The notes: generated by a model not told the origin, from the sequence alone. Shown: positions 1 to 17,073, numbered from the stretch's first letter. The stretch is DNA of 64,000 nucleotides from Eledone cirrhosa (GCA_964016885.1 OZ024743.1:63302001-63366000), one strand, 5' to 3'. A program made the numbers and translations.

Positions 1-848
1 GAGCGCCTGAGCACATTCGATGTGCCAGTCGCCCATTTTCCTCGTATATATAGATAGAATGTTAAAAACATTTCTAGTAAGAAATTTAAGCCATTCATAT
101 CTATTAAGCAACACCCAAAATATGTTCTAAACACCCAGAAATTACTTACAGAAAACAGACATCGTATTAATAAATGCTAGTGGCAATGGCAGAAGGAAAC
201 CTTAACCTATTACTATGTTTCTAATGAAATACATACATTATCTACAATTTTCAAATAATTTTTTTAAATAATCAAAGAATTTGAAAGGATTCTATTTGAT
301 AGACACATATCTATACTCTACAACACTTTGTATACACACTAGTTACTCACATTGTGCAATTGTTGTTGTATCTGGGGGGAGGAGGTTGAACGCGAACATT
401 TGTATTATGAAATAAAAAATATGAGCTTTTCTTGCAAGACTTGTAATTCACAGAGCTTGGTGAAAATTATTTTATGCAAAGTGCATGTGTTTAAGAATCA
501 AAACATTTTTAGTGGAAAATATTTTGGGCTACATTTGAGTTACAAACACATGGAGTATTATAAAGATTTTGCAAAATAGATTTGAAGCTATCACAATTCT
601 ACAAAGGGAATGACATTCAAATAATTCAAAGATAAATTGTCAAAAAAAATTATACATCAAAATAGGGAAGAAGCAGGTATAGCCATGTGTTTAATGAGTC
701 TGCATTGCAATTACATAGTTCTGGGTTAAATCCCACTATGTAGAACCTTGGGCAAGTTTCTTCTTTCTATTATAGCCACATGTTCATTAATTTTCTTCAT
801 GTGTAATTTGGTAGACAGAAACTGGAGAAGCCTGCCATTATATGTAAA

Positions 849-965
849 TGTGTGTGTGTGTGTGCCTGTGTGTGTGCCTGTGTGTGTGCCTGTGTGTGTG
901 CCTGTGTGTGTGCCTGTGTGTGTGCCTGTGTGCCTGTGTGCCTGTGTGCCTCTGTGCCTGTGCCT

Positions 966-996
<31 letters not shown>
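849..996. repeat. (CCTGTGTGTGTG)n/(TG)n microsatellite
   Basis: Direct inspection. Confidence 0.95.
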
Positions 997-3900
997 AATG
1001 TCTGTATATGTCCCATAATCTCAACAAAAGAGATTGATAAAATAAATTAAGAAGATACCCCAACATGGCCACAGTCTAATGGTTGAAACCAGAAGAATAA
1101 TAAAAGAAAAGCAAAATGCATTGAGAGACAGGGGGGTTAGAGAAATACAAAAGTAACTTAAAACTAAAAACCAAATGGAGTCCTTTATGCTCTTGGTAAA
1201 TATATCAAACAACAACAAAGCACTTTTAGACAATACAGAACAGATCATGTCATCATCATTATCACAGTTTAACATCTATTTTCCATACTTGCATGGGTTG
1301 GAGAGGCTGTCATGTTCTGAAGCTAGATAAATCGAGTGACCACAACTAGCTGATACATTCCATTTTTGGCATTGTTTCTAAGGCTGGATGACTTTCTTAA
1401 TGCCAACCACTTTACAGAGTGTACTGAGACCATTTTATCATAGCACTAGCACTACCACTTTACAGTGTGGGCTGGGGGCATTTTATTGTGAAACCAACAC
1501 AGTGTGGACTGGGTACTTTTTAGCATGACACCAAAACTACAGCTTTATAGAGTGGGCTGGGTGCACAGTACCATCACTAGCCCAATTACAATACTAGGGT
1601 GCTTGCGTACTCAGCCATGCTGGGAAGGTAGTGATTGGAGTGGGGGAAGTATGATGGAGGGGTGGGGGCATGAATATTCATTGTTACATTTAAGCAGAAG
1701 GAAAGAAAACTTTATCTCACTCAATATGAATGTGTATAAGTATGAAATCAAGAAAAGAGCTGCAGGCTACACTCAAGTGAGGGGGGGGGGGGGGGTACAT
1801 TTTTATGTCTGAACTGAGACATAACAGCTACAATAGAAAACTATTTCAACAGCAAGGCCTATCCTTCAATATTTGTTTGACCCCAAAAACTTTAATCTCC
1901 TTCAGGAGGTAAGCTATTGTAAAATTCAATGTTCATTTGAGCAATAATGCTTCAATACTCAAAGTGCAATTATTAATATTACTATGCCAATAACTCTGGG
2001 TGTATGTGAGTGTGTACTTATGTGTATCCATATCTATATTATGTAGTTTTTTAAGCTATATATATATATACACCTAATGTCCCCCAAAAATGTCTAAACA
2101 CTTCAACAGCATTCTAATAAATATTGTCTGTACAGGTAATCAAAGTGTGTATACCTTTTTGGGGACACCTCCTGAGTATGTATGTATATATATATACATA
2201 CACACACACACACACACATTACACAGAGAGAGAGAGAGAGAGATGTTCATATATTCCTATGCTTGGATATGAATATTTCTAGGCTTTATAACTGAAACAA
2301 ATAGTTATTGAATTACCATATGCCAACTTTGTTTGGTTCAGAACGGTTGACATTTCTTGCTAGCTATGTCTCTACATTCTAACAGGGATACAACAAAGCT
2401 GTTTTCACCTGAGGAGACCAGACTATGTTGCTGTTAGCCCTTTTCCTGTTTGAAACCGCCCTTGGTCATCAACATCACCAAAGATGGTTGATTTGCCACA
2501 GTCGTGAGAGTGTTGAATATTTTTTCCAGCTGTTTTCTGAGATCAAATCATACCAAAGTCCACTTTACTTTTCATCTTTTCAAAGAAAGTTCCAACCCAT
2601 TGCTGGTGCATCTCTCTTTCCTTCAGCTGCCAATTCCAAGATATTCCACTGGAGTAAGGGAAGGAGTATATTGTGAGGAGGTCTATGTCTTCTCACGGAC
2701 ACTAGAATCCTTAAGGAAAGCATGCTATATACTACCAAGTTATACTTGACTGCAAGTGACGGCTGTAGTATTTTTAATTATTATCATCCTCATTTAATGT
2801 CTGTTTTTCCCTGTTGGTATGGTTTGGAGTACAATAGTCAAACAAAACGAGTATATAAACAGCTAGAGATGCTGAAAAGGTGGACAGAGTTGCTTATGAC
2901 AAATGTGAGTCAGATTCCTACAGGTGACTTTTTCACCCGTCTTTAGAGGTTTATAAACCCAACTTGTTTGACAATTTTATAGTCAAGCATGTGTTGTAGC
3001 AGCTTATAATAAGCTAGCATTCTTACAAAACTAATAATAATAATTTTAGTAAAAAGTATAACAAATGGTGGTGTCCCAGCATGGCTTCATGCCTGTTAGT
3101 TAGAACATGTATTAAAGTAATAGAGTAAATAAAAGAAGCTAGATTTATAAGCCTAGGTTATCAGCCTACAATACAACAATGCACAATAATGCACTTCTCA
3201 ACACAATTTCACTTTGCACCTAAATCTACTTGTGAATGATGCAGTCTTGGCTTTTATTCCAACAAATTGTTTTGTTGTTTTATGTCTTTTTGTTATTGTT
3301 TTTTTTCTTTGTCACTTTTTTTCTTTTTTCCCCACAAAATGGTATTATGGAAATTATTGAAATCATGAAATAATATTTTTATTTTCTAGAAGAGCTTTCA
3401 AAATTTTCAGCTAAATTTCTTTAAGTAATCAATACATTGCCTGCTAATCAAACCAAATATGCATTACCAATGGGAAATTCCTGCTATAGCCTGCATTGAT
3501 TCTTTTTCTGTTCCATTCCTGATCATGTTCTGACAGAAGCTAAGAACATCTTGCAAAGATCTATAAATAAATCTAGTTATCTGCAGGAGTGGTAACAGAC
3601 TCAAATATGTCTATAGAAACTTCAGTTTCAGATATCAACTGAGTATTTATTCTTTTATAGATATACCATTCAGGAATATAGTTTTAACCCTTTCATTATC
3701 GTGTGTGTGTTTGTGTGAGTGACTCAAATCATTTTTCGGGAAAATAATCAAGTATTTGAAAGGATCTAGTAATATAAAATGAAACAGAAATTTACAGCTA
3801 GGTTTAGCTTGTCTCCTATGAAGAGGCTTCTAAGGTAATAGGAGCCCCAGCTCTACCAAGCAAAGCTAAGTAAAATGCAACATCTAGCTCACGAATAATG

Positions 3901-4721
3901 CTGTGACCAGTCTAGAAATTGAATCCAGTTAGAATTCTCACTATTAAGTTGGTGTCTGGAACATAAGGGTTCTTACATAAAATAATAAAAACGAGTCAGT
4001 TTCAAGTAGTTTGATAGCCAAAAGGCTAACCATTGCATGCTGGAATGTGCTGCTTTGGTTCACAGTTAGGAAGCAGCATAGATCTGTGAAGTCCCCTCAT
4101 TCAATGTAATTTAAAAATCAAAATTACAATTAAAATTCAAATTTATGTAATTTAAAAATCAAAATTAATTTCATTAAATTATTAAAATTTTTATAATCAC
4201 TAATTATTACTTTATCACTAAAATGAATGACAAATAATTATCCAACAAATAAAATGCTTGTTGCCTTTTAATTCTAAAATTTAATTAGTAAAATAACTTA
4301 GGTTCAATTTTTTGTTTAACATTTTTTATACCAAACTATCTGAAACTGGTCTTGGTTTTACAAGAATCTTTGAGAAAGTTAGTTATATTACTAAATGCCT
4401 TCAAATTCTTGATTATTTTCAAAACAATTGTAAATGTTAGAAGAATCTTGTCCCTTTCTTATTTCTTCCTTCCAGAGTTAATGTCATGAAAAAAACAACA
4501 AAAACAATGAAATAACATACACTAAGATTTTATCAAATCAAAACTGCTGTGTAAATAAATGTCAATAGAGATAAGATGAGGTTAATCGGGCAATCAATAA
4601 TTTAATAATCCTAATCACCCTCCCCTCCCCAACTGTCTTATCTCTCAGAAATACTGAAATAAGGCATGTAGGTATAGGAATGGAATAAATAACACCTTCA
4701 CTACCACACCTTCATAAAGAA

Positions 4722-5022
4722 TATATATACACATACACATATATACAAATGCATATACATACATATACACATACATACGTACATACAAATATACACATAC
4801 ATACACACATACATATACACATACATACATATACACATATATACGTACATATACATATATACGTACATATATATATACACATATATATATACACATATAT
4901 ACGTATATATACATATATAAGTATATATACATACACATATACATACATACATATATATACATATATATATAAATACACATATATATACATACACATATAT
5001 ATATCCACATATATATATCCAC

Positions 5023-5070
<48 letters not shown>

Positions 5071-5183
5071 ATATATATATACACACACATGTATATCCAC
5101 ATATATATACATACACATATATATATATCCACATATATATACATACACATATATATACATATATACATACACATATATATATA
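4722..5183. repeat. (TA/CA)n low-complexity tract
   Basis: Direct inspection. Confidence 0.95.
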
Positions 5184-5803
5184 TATCATCATCATCGTTT
5201 AACGTCCATCTTCCACGCTTGCATGGGTTTGGCGGGAGTTTTCCCACTTGAGGCAAGATTGGTTGTCCTGCTCGTTATAGGACTGTCTGGTGGGTTTTCT
5301 ACGGCTGGATGCCCTTCCTAAACCCAACCACGTTTACAGTGTGGACTGGGAGGTTTTTACCGTGTAACCTACACGGTCACATTACAGCGTGAACTGTGTG
5401 TGTTTTTGTCGTGACACCTACACGACCTCATTTGTTTCGGACTGGATGTTGTGGTACCAACATAACTTCACATTGAAAGGGGTGGTGTGGATGGGGTGGG
5501 CGTAGTGGGACAGGGGTGTATTTTTGTTAGAGGTGCCTACTGACTGTAGGTTTCGCTTTGTACTTAGGCAAGGCGTGTCTTCTGTATTACTGTGTAGCGC
5601 CAAAGATCTCGGTGCAGTGACATTGTCTTGGAGAGGTGTAAGTGTGTGAGCTCGGAATTTATCAAGTCGTCCCAGGTTTTTCTGGGTCTGCCTACTCCGT
5701 GGCTACCGTCTATTTTTATCGCCCTGCATTTTTTTATACAGCTGTCGTCTTTCATGCGCATCACGTCACCGTACCAACGTAGTCTTCTTTCGAGTAAACA
5801 ACA
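5184..5803 (-). mobile_element. RTE LINE 3' fragment (same subfamily as 23976-26820)
   Basis: Near-identical to 23995-24607; [26 protein letters not shown]; (GAT)n tail. Confidence 0.9.
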
Positions 5804-5804
5804 G

Positions 5805-5854
<50 letters not shown>

Positions 5855-5855
5855 A

Positions 5856-5888
<33 letters not shown>

Positions 5889-6133
5889 AATATATATATA
5901 TAAATATATATATATAAGTATATATATATAAATATATATATATAAATATATATATATAAATATAAATATATATATAAATATATATATAAATAAATATATA
6001 TATAAATATATAAATATATATAAATATATAAATAAATATATATATAAATATATAAATAAATATATATATAAATATATAAATAAATATATATATAAATATA
6101 TAAATAAATATATATATAAATATAAATAAATAT

Positions 6134-6172
<39 letters not shown>

Positions 6173-6193
6173 AATATAAATATATATAAATAT

Positions 6194-6226
<33 letters not shown>

Positions 6227-6248
6227 AATATAAATATATAAATAAATA

Positions 6249-6597
6249 TCATTTCATCATCATCATCATTTCATTTTACGTCCGCTTTTCCCTGCTTGCA
6301 AGGGTGGGACGGGAACTGATACTGGCTTGATTTCTACAGCTGGATGCCCTTCCTAACACCAACCTCATTTACAGTGAGTGCTGGGTGCTTTTTTGCCGTG
6401 GCACCTACACGACCACTTTGCAGTGGAATGATAAGGACCTCAGTCCCTATCATCTCATTTCTACAGCTGAGTAAACTGGAGCAATGTGAAATAAAGTGTC
6501 TTGCTCAAGGAAACAACACATCACCCGGTCTGAGAATTGAACTCACAACGTTTCGATTGCAAGGACAATGCTCTAATCCACTAAGCCATGTGCCTCC
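6249..6597 (-). mobile_element. tRNA-derived SINE with RTE-LINE 3' tail
   Basis: tRNA-like head (ggcacatggcttagtgga..gtgagttcaattctca), central tttccttgagcaagacacttt domain, 3' part matching the RTE 3' UTR and (GAT)n. Confidence 0.8.
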
Positions 6598-6880
6598 TAA
6601 ATATATAAATATATATATAAATATATATATAATTATATATATATAAAAATATATATAAATATATATATAAATATATAAATAAATATATATATATATTAAT
6701 ATAAATATATAAATATATATATTTATATTATATATATATATATTTATATTATATTTTTTAATTTTGATTAATTTTAATTGTATATTAATTTTGATTTATT
6801 TTGAAAAATTGGTTGAATTTTACTTGTTCTGCTTATCTTGATATATATATAAATATATATATATATATAAATATATAAAT

Positions 6881-6945
<65 letters not shown>

Positions 6946-7295
6946 TAAATATATAAATATAGATATATAAATATATATATATATATAAATATATAAATAT
7001 AAATATATAAATATATAAATATAGATATATAAATATATATATAGATATATAAATATAGATATATAAATATAGATATATATATATAAATATATAAATATAT
7101 ATATAAAATATATATATAAAATATATATATAAAATATATATATAAAATATATATATATATAAATATATATATAAATATATATATTTATATATATAAATAT
7201 ATATATTTATATATATATATATAAATATATATATAAATATATATATTTATATATATATATAAATTTATATATATATAAATTTATATATATATATT

Positions 7296-7331
<36 letters not shown>

Positions 7332-7355
7332 TATATATATTTATATATATATATT

Positions 7356-7389
<34 letters not shown>

Positions 7390-7443
7390 TATATAAATAT
7401 ATAAATATATATAAATATATATATATATAAATATATATATATA

Positions 7444-7475
<32 letters not shown>

Positions 7476-7488
7476 AATATATATATAT

Positions 7489-7652
7489 ATCATCATCATC
7501 ATCACCGTTTAACGTCCGTGTTCCACGCTTGCATGGGTTTGGACGGGGGTAGTCCCACTTGAGGCAAGAATGATTGTTTTGCTCGCATAGGACTGACTGG
7601 CAGGTTTTCTACAGTTGGATGCCCTTCCTAACACCAACCACATTTACAGTGT
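7489..7652 (-). mobile_element. RTE-type 3' UTR/tail fragment
   Basis: catcatcat..tttaacgtcc..ttccacgcttgcatgggtt..ggatgcccttcctaacaccaacc, shared with the RTE 3' ends. Confidence 0.8.
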
Positions 7653-8358
7653 GTTGAACAAAAAGGTGACGTGGTTGCCTTAAGACCGTATGGCATAAAT
7701 TCAGGCTGTTCAGTTTGTTTACAAACGAACAAAGCGACGTTATAATAAGCGCCGCTAAACTGATACGTGCATGTATGTATGTGTACCTGTATGCATATGT
7801 ATATATATATGTATATATATATATATATATATATGCATGCTACTGTACGTCTGTATACATATATGTATGTACGTATACATGCATACTTACATTTAAGTAA
7901 GTGCCATACTAAGAGTGAGAAATGAAATTTCGTTTTCATTTTGTTTCAATTTATCGTTTTCGGTATGCCTGACCGATTTAACTCACTCAATATGCAAATT
8001 AGGCTGCTCAGCCGTTAATTTTCATAAGGAAAGTATATACTTTCGAACGTTCAACTATCTGGCAGATGGGTAAACGGTGCTGATGATAGCTAACAAGCTT
8101 GAAACTAGTACATCGTTCCTGTGTCAGTGTTGAACAAAAAGGTGACGTGGTTGCCTTAACACCGTATGGCATAAATTCAGGCTGTTCAGTTTTGTTTACA
8201 AACGAACAAAGCGACGTTAGCGCCGCTAAACTGATACGTGCATATATGTATGTGTACCTGTATGCATATGTATATATATATGTATATATATATATATGTG
8301 CATGCTACTGTACGTCTGTATACATATATGTATGTACGTATACATGCATACTTACATT
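7650..8358 (+). mobile_element. Non-coding ~478-bp tandem repeat (about 1.5 units) containing a hammerhead; retrozyme/PLE-pLTR-like
   Basis: gtgttgaacaaaaaggtgac recurs at ~7650 and ~8128; reverse complement of 17877-18718. Confidence 0.85.
8073..8117 (+). ncRNA. Minimal type I hammerhead ribozyme
   Basis: AACGGTG-CTGATGA-T AGCT(aaca)AGCT T-GAAA-CTAG-TA-CATCGTT: 7-bp stem I, canonical core, palindromic ACUAGU stem III, GUA site. Confidence 0.9.
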
Positions 8359-8464
8359 TATATATATATAAATATATATAAATATATATATATAAATATA
8401 TATAAATATATATATATATATATAAATATATATAAATATATATATATATATATAAATATATATA

Positions 8465-8498
<34 letters not shown>

Positions 8499-8521
8499 AA
8501 TATATATAAATATATATATAT

Positions 8522-8553
<32 letters not shown>

Positions 8554-8554
8554 A

Positions 8555-8653
<99 letters not shown>

Positions 8654-8708
8654 TATATATATAAAAATATATATATAAATATATATATATATAAAAATAT
8701 ATATATAA

Positions 8709-10589
<1,881 letters not shown>

Positions 10590-10602
10590 ATATATATATA
10601 TA

Positions 10603-10648
<46 letters not shown>

Positions 10649-10705
10649 TATATATAAATATATATATAAATATATATATAAATATATATATAAATATATA
10701 TATAA

Positions 10706-10750
<45 letters not shown>

Positions 10751-10757
10751 TATATAA

Positions 10758-10801
<44 letters not shown>

Positions 10802-10829
10802 ATATATATATAAATATATATAAATATAT

Positions 10830-10862
<33 letters not shown>

Positions 10863-10998
10863 AATATATATATATCTATATATATCTATATATAAATATA
10901 TATATATATATGTAGGAGGTGAGTTTTATTGTAGTACAATAAAGCAATGCAGATATCGGATAAGAAGCACTCTACAGTTTGTAGGACTGGAGTATGCA

Positions 10999-12359
10999 TA
11001 ATATACAAACTTAGAAGAACTAACACTGCTCTCTCAGAACTCATATGGTCCTTAAAAGACAAAAACATTAAATATACCATCTTTTGGAAGAAGGTTTCTT
11101 CTGCATCCTCATACTTGAACAGCTCTCTATCTAAAATCTGTAATCTCTGCCTAAATGAAAAATTTACCATTATCTCTAACCTAGATTCTATAATAAATAG
11201 ACGCACAGATTTGTTTTCTATCTGCCTGCATAAATTCCATAGAACTTTTCACAAAGTATACAGTTAATATTCAATTCTTTATCAATTTAGAATCTTTTCT
11301 CAAACGCACATATACATACACCTCTTTAAAATATACCTATCTACCTTACTTTAAAGGGCATTATACACTCTATAATACTTGTTTACTCATTACCCTCATT
11401 CTATCTTCACCTTGTAAAATCATAACATATACAATATTCATCCGCAATCATTATTATTTTTTCTCTCTATCATAAATCTTTTTAATCTCAATTTCATCCT
11501 TAATTTATTATTTTTTTCTCCCCATCAACGAACTCATTATTAATACATATTAACTCTTTATTCGCATATATTATCAATTCAACCAATATACAAACTTTAA
11601 CTTCACATTATTTTTCTCAAATCCTTCTACACACAAACCTTAATAATTTTTCTCTTCGTTAATTTTGAAATTGCCACAATATATACATTTCTTTTTTTGA
11701 CGTTAGAATATTCATCCACAATTATTATTTTTTTCTCTCTATCTTCATACATAATTTCCCTTCGTTAATTTTCAAATTCCTTTAATTTATACATTATCTT
11801 CCAACGGTTCCCAACCTCTCTATGTTAAAACAATATATCTTTTTCTCAGTTATAAAAACTATCTCTTTCTCTCTATCACCCATCTCTCCCTCTCCACCTT
11901 CACTCTCATCTCCTCCCCCATTTTTTTCATCCCCCCCTCCCTAAATAAAATATTTTTTCCTCGCACATATCCTCCCTTCGTTAATTTTCAAAATTTTTAA
12001 TTTATACAGTATCTTCCAACGGTTTTCAACCTCTCTATGTAAAAAATATATCTCCTCTCAGTTATAAAAACTATCTCTTTCTCTCTATCACCCATCTCTC
12101 CCTCTCATCTCCTTCCCTTTTCATCCTTTCCAACCCCCCCCCTCTCTAAATAAAATATTTTTTCCCAATATCACACATCAATCTAAAACCACTTTTCATA
12201 TGTTGATTTAAAACTGCACTATCCACAAGTATTTTTTAGCCTTCATATCATGTTCTCCTGTTTTATCTGATGAAAACACAAATATTATTGCATGATGATG
12301 TTTGTTTTTGAAATGCGCATAATAAAATACATGGAACTCCTTTAACCATCTTTTGATCT

Positions 12360-12360
<1 letters not shown>
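10999..12360 (+). mobile_element. PLE 3' remnant (end of GIY-YIG domain + long pyrimidine-rich 3' region + hammerhead)
   Basis: TALSELIWSLKD..YTIFWK..CNLCLNEK..IINRRTDLFSICLHK in ORF 10947-11267; internal duplication ~11755-11960/11975-12165; TA-flanked. Confidence 0.8.
12261..12327 (+). ncRNA. Type I hammerhead ribozyme
   Basis: TTTTAT-CTGATGA-[~16-bp stem II with G:U pairs, GCAT loop]-GAAA-TGCGCA-TA-ATAAAA; palindromic AUGCGCAU stem III. Confidence 0.85.
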
Positions 12361-12446
<86 letters not shown>

Positions 12447-12494
12447 TATATATAAATATATATATATAAATATATATATAAATATATATATATA

Positions 12495-12570
<76 letters not shown>

Positions 12571-12612
12571 AATATATATATATATCTATATATAAATATA
12601 TATATATATATC

Positions 12613-12656
<44 letters not shown>

Positions 12657-12926
12657 TATTGTTAATAACTCCCTCTGGTTGAGTAATCTTTGAAGTGTAG
12701 TGACTGCTGGAAAGCTGCCATTACTCATACTTCTCGCCTCCTTCACCACCTCTTCTACGGCTTCGATATAAATACCCCCCTCCGCCTCCGTGGTATTTTC
12801 TTCGGGGTTATAAGAGGCTTAGCTCTGTTTCTCGACCGTTATATCGCGTGACTATCTCCCCCTCCGCCTTTTGGGATTCTTTCTCACGTCGTGTGGACTC
12901 GTTCTTGAGGCTAGTAAAATGAGGTA

Positions 12927-13016
12927 TCCTCTTGATAAGTCGGCAGACCTCGCAAGGACTCTATATCTTTATGATGTATTGTTTTTGTTTATGCCACGAA
13001 ACTACGTAGTCGAGGA
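12927..13016 (+). ncRNA. Type I hammerhead ribozyme, U3-A8 core variant, inside a TA-flanked pLTR-like fragment (12660-13245)
   Basis: TCCTC-TTGATAA-GTcGGCA...TGCCAC-GAAA-CTACGTAG-TC-GAGGA; palindromic stem III, GUC site. TATAAATAC ~160 bp upstream. Confidence 0.82.
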
Positions 13017-13413
13017 ATCTAGGAGCAGTTTAGGTATGATACATTTTATTACTAATTATATCTAAATGTTTCTTCTCTTTTCATAATGTATTTTTAACTC
13101 TGATACTGGTTCAGTCTAGTTCAACTGGATTGGTCTGTCCCAGTCATTCATTGAGCAACATCGGTGAGGTTGGCCTCCTTAACTCACGGTTGGGTGTGGA
13201 TGCATTCATGTATATGTGTGTGTCCACATGTATCTGTGTGTTTCTAAATATATATAAATATATATATATATATATAAATATATATATATATAAATATATA
13301 TCTATATCTATATATAAATATATATATATATATATATAAATATATATATACATATATCTGAATATATATACATATATCTGAATATATATATATATATCTA
13401 TATATAAATATAT

Positions 13414-13608
13414 ATAGGAACCAGTAAGACCCCGACAGCTGAGCTCAAGCCGTTTCGACGGCTAATTCTGGACTCAATTAGCCGTCGAAACGGCTTGAGC
13501 TCAGCTGTCGGGGTCTTACTAGTTCCTATTACCCACTCTACTACCTCAAGTATTGAGGACTTTGGTGCGTTATGGTCCACCTGGTTCCTTACCACATTTC
13601 CTTCGTTA
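13414..13608 (+). mobile_element. Fold-back PLE-type mini-element: 54-bp inverted repeat + tail, containing the 3' half of a hammerhead
   Basis: Arms 13414-13467 and 13476-13529 (1 mismatch), 8-nt loop. Arm contains GAAA-CGGC..GCTG-TC-GGGGT. Tail homologous to 33883-33956. Confidence 0.8.
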
Positions 13609-13789
13609 TAAATATATATATATATATATGAATATATATATATATATATATGAATATATATATATATATATATATATATGAATATATATATATATATATA
13701 TGAATATATATATATATATATATATGAATATATATATATATATGAATATATATATATATATATGAATATATATATATATATATATGAAT

Positions 13790-13823
<34 letters not shown>

Positions 13824-13864
13824 GAATATATATATATATATATATAAATATATATATATATATG

Positions 13865-13903
<39 letters not shown>

Positions 13904-13911
13904 GAATATAT

Positions 13912-13947
<36 letters not shown>

Positions 13948-13953
13948 GAATAT

Positions 13954-13984
<31 letters not shown>

Positions 13985-13985
13985 A

Positions 13986-14016
<31 letters not shown>

Positions 14017-14021
14017 TATGA

Positions 14022-14055
<34 letters not shown>

Positions 14056-14067
14056 GAATATATATAT

Positions 14068-14142
<75 letters not shown>

Positions 14143-14167
14143 TATATATATATAAATATATATATAA

Positions 14168-14203
<36 letters not shown>

Positions 14204-14592
14204 CTATATATAAATATATATATACATATATCTATATATAAATATATATATACATATATCTATATATAAATATATATACATATATCTATATATAAATATA
14301 TATATATATATATCTATATATAAATATATCTATATATAAATATATATATACATATATCTATATATAAATATATATATACATATATCTATATATAAATATA
14401 TATATATATATATAAATATAAATATATATATACATATATCTATAAATATATATATACATATATCTATAAATATATATATACATATATCTATAAATATATA
14501 TATACATATCTCTATAAATATATATATATCAAGGGCGGTGCCCCAGCATGGCCTCAGCCGGATGGCTGAAACAGGTAAAAGAGAATATATAT

Positions 14593-14799
<207 letters not shown>

Positions 14800-14828
14800 T
14801 ATATATATATAAATATATATATATAAAT

Positions 14829-14903
<75 letters not shown>

Positions 14904-14958
14904 AATATATATATATAAATAAATATATATATATATATATATAAATATATATATATAA

Positions 14959-15069
<111 letters not shown>

Positions 15070-15084
15070 AATATATAAATATAT

Positions 15085-15119
<35 letters not shown>

Positions 15120-15120
15120 A

Positions 15121-15154
<34 letters not shown>

Positions 15155-15428
15155 GAATATATATATATATAGATACCCGTATTGGGTATATATACATATA
15201 TCTGAATATATATATATATATATATATCTATAAATATATATATACATATATATGAATATATATATATATATATCTATATATATGAATATATATATATATA
15301 TATATCTATATATATGAATATATATATATATATATATATGAATATATATATATATATATATATATATGAATATATATATATATATATATATGAATATATA
15401 TATATATATATATATGAATATATATATA

Positions 15429-15505
<77 letters not shown>

Positions 15506-15641
15506 GAATATATATATATATATATATATAAATATATATATGAATATATATATATATATGTAGATACCCCATTGGTCAATTTGAACTCTGTTCCCAAACA
15601 GACCTGTAATTTTGAATTGTTGTTAGTAACAATAAATATAT

Positions 15642-15795
15642 TTCATTATTTCTGAAGACGGCATATATATGAGTTGGTATGTATATTTAATTTTGATAGT
15701 TTGTGTAATTTTGTATAATTTTGTACATAGATCTGTTAAATATACATGCCAATTCTGACACATATATATCCCAGAAACGATCGTTAAATAATGAA
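15642..15795 (+). ncRNA. Type I hammerhead ribozyme with very long stem II, in a ~290-bp island within (TA)n
   Basis: TTCATTATTT-CTGAAGA-[115 nt]-GAAA-CGATCG-TT-AAATAATGAA; perfect 10-bp stem I; stem II includes gagttggtatgtatatttaa/ttaaatatacatgccaattc. Confidence 0.82.
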
Positions 15796-15933
15796 CTTTT
15801 TTTGTTTAATATAAGGAACTGTTTCATTGTTTTATTCATTATTTTTTTAATATTTTATATATATATATATATATCTATATATATGAATATATATATATAT
15901 ATATATGAATATATATATATATATATATATATA

Positions 15934-15969
<36 letters not shown>

Positions 15970-16161
15970 TATATATATATATATATATATATATGAATAT
16001 ATATATATATATATATGAATATATATATATATATATATGAATATATATAAATATATATATATAAATATATATATGAATATATATATATATATATATGAAT
16101 ATATATATATATATATATGAATATATATATATATATATATGAATATATATATATATATATA

Positions 16162-16351
<190 letters not shown>

Positions 16352-16376
16352 AAAATATATATATATATATATAAAA

Positions 16377-16407
<31 letters not shown>

Positions 16408-16410
16408 AAA

Positions 16411-16459
<49 letters not shown>

Positions 16460-16478
16460 AATGTATGTATATATATAT

Positions 16479-16513
<35 letters not shown>

Positions 16514-16516
16514 AAT

Positions 16517-16561
<45 letters not shown>

Positions 16562-16594
16562 TATATCAATATATATATATATATATATATAAAT

Positions 16595-16631
<37 letters not shown>

Positions 16632-16632
16632 A

Positions 16633-16665
<33 letters not shown>

Positions 16666-16989
16666 AATATATATCTATATATATATAAATATATATATAT
16701 ATAAATATATATCTATATATATATAAATATATAAATTTATATATATATATATATATATATAAATATATAAATTTATATATATATATATATATCTATATAT
16801 ATATAAATATATATAAATATATATAAATATATAAATTTATATATATATATAAATATATATAAATATATATAAATATATATATCTATATATATATCTATAT
16901 ATATATATATATATCTATATATATGAATATATATATATGAATATATATATATGAATATATATATATGAATATATATATATATATATATA

Positions 16990-17073
<84 letters not shown>

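Noticed and set aside
2425-2946. Cluster of short ORFs in higher-complexity sequence
   Set aside because: No recognisable domain or convincing splice-bounded exon on either strand.
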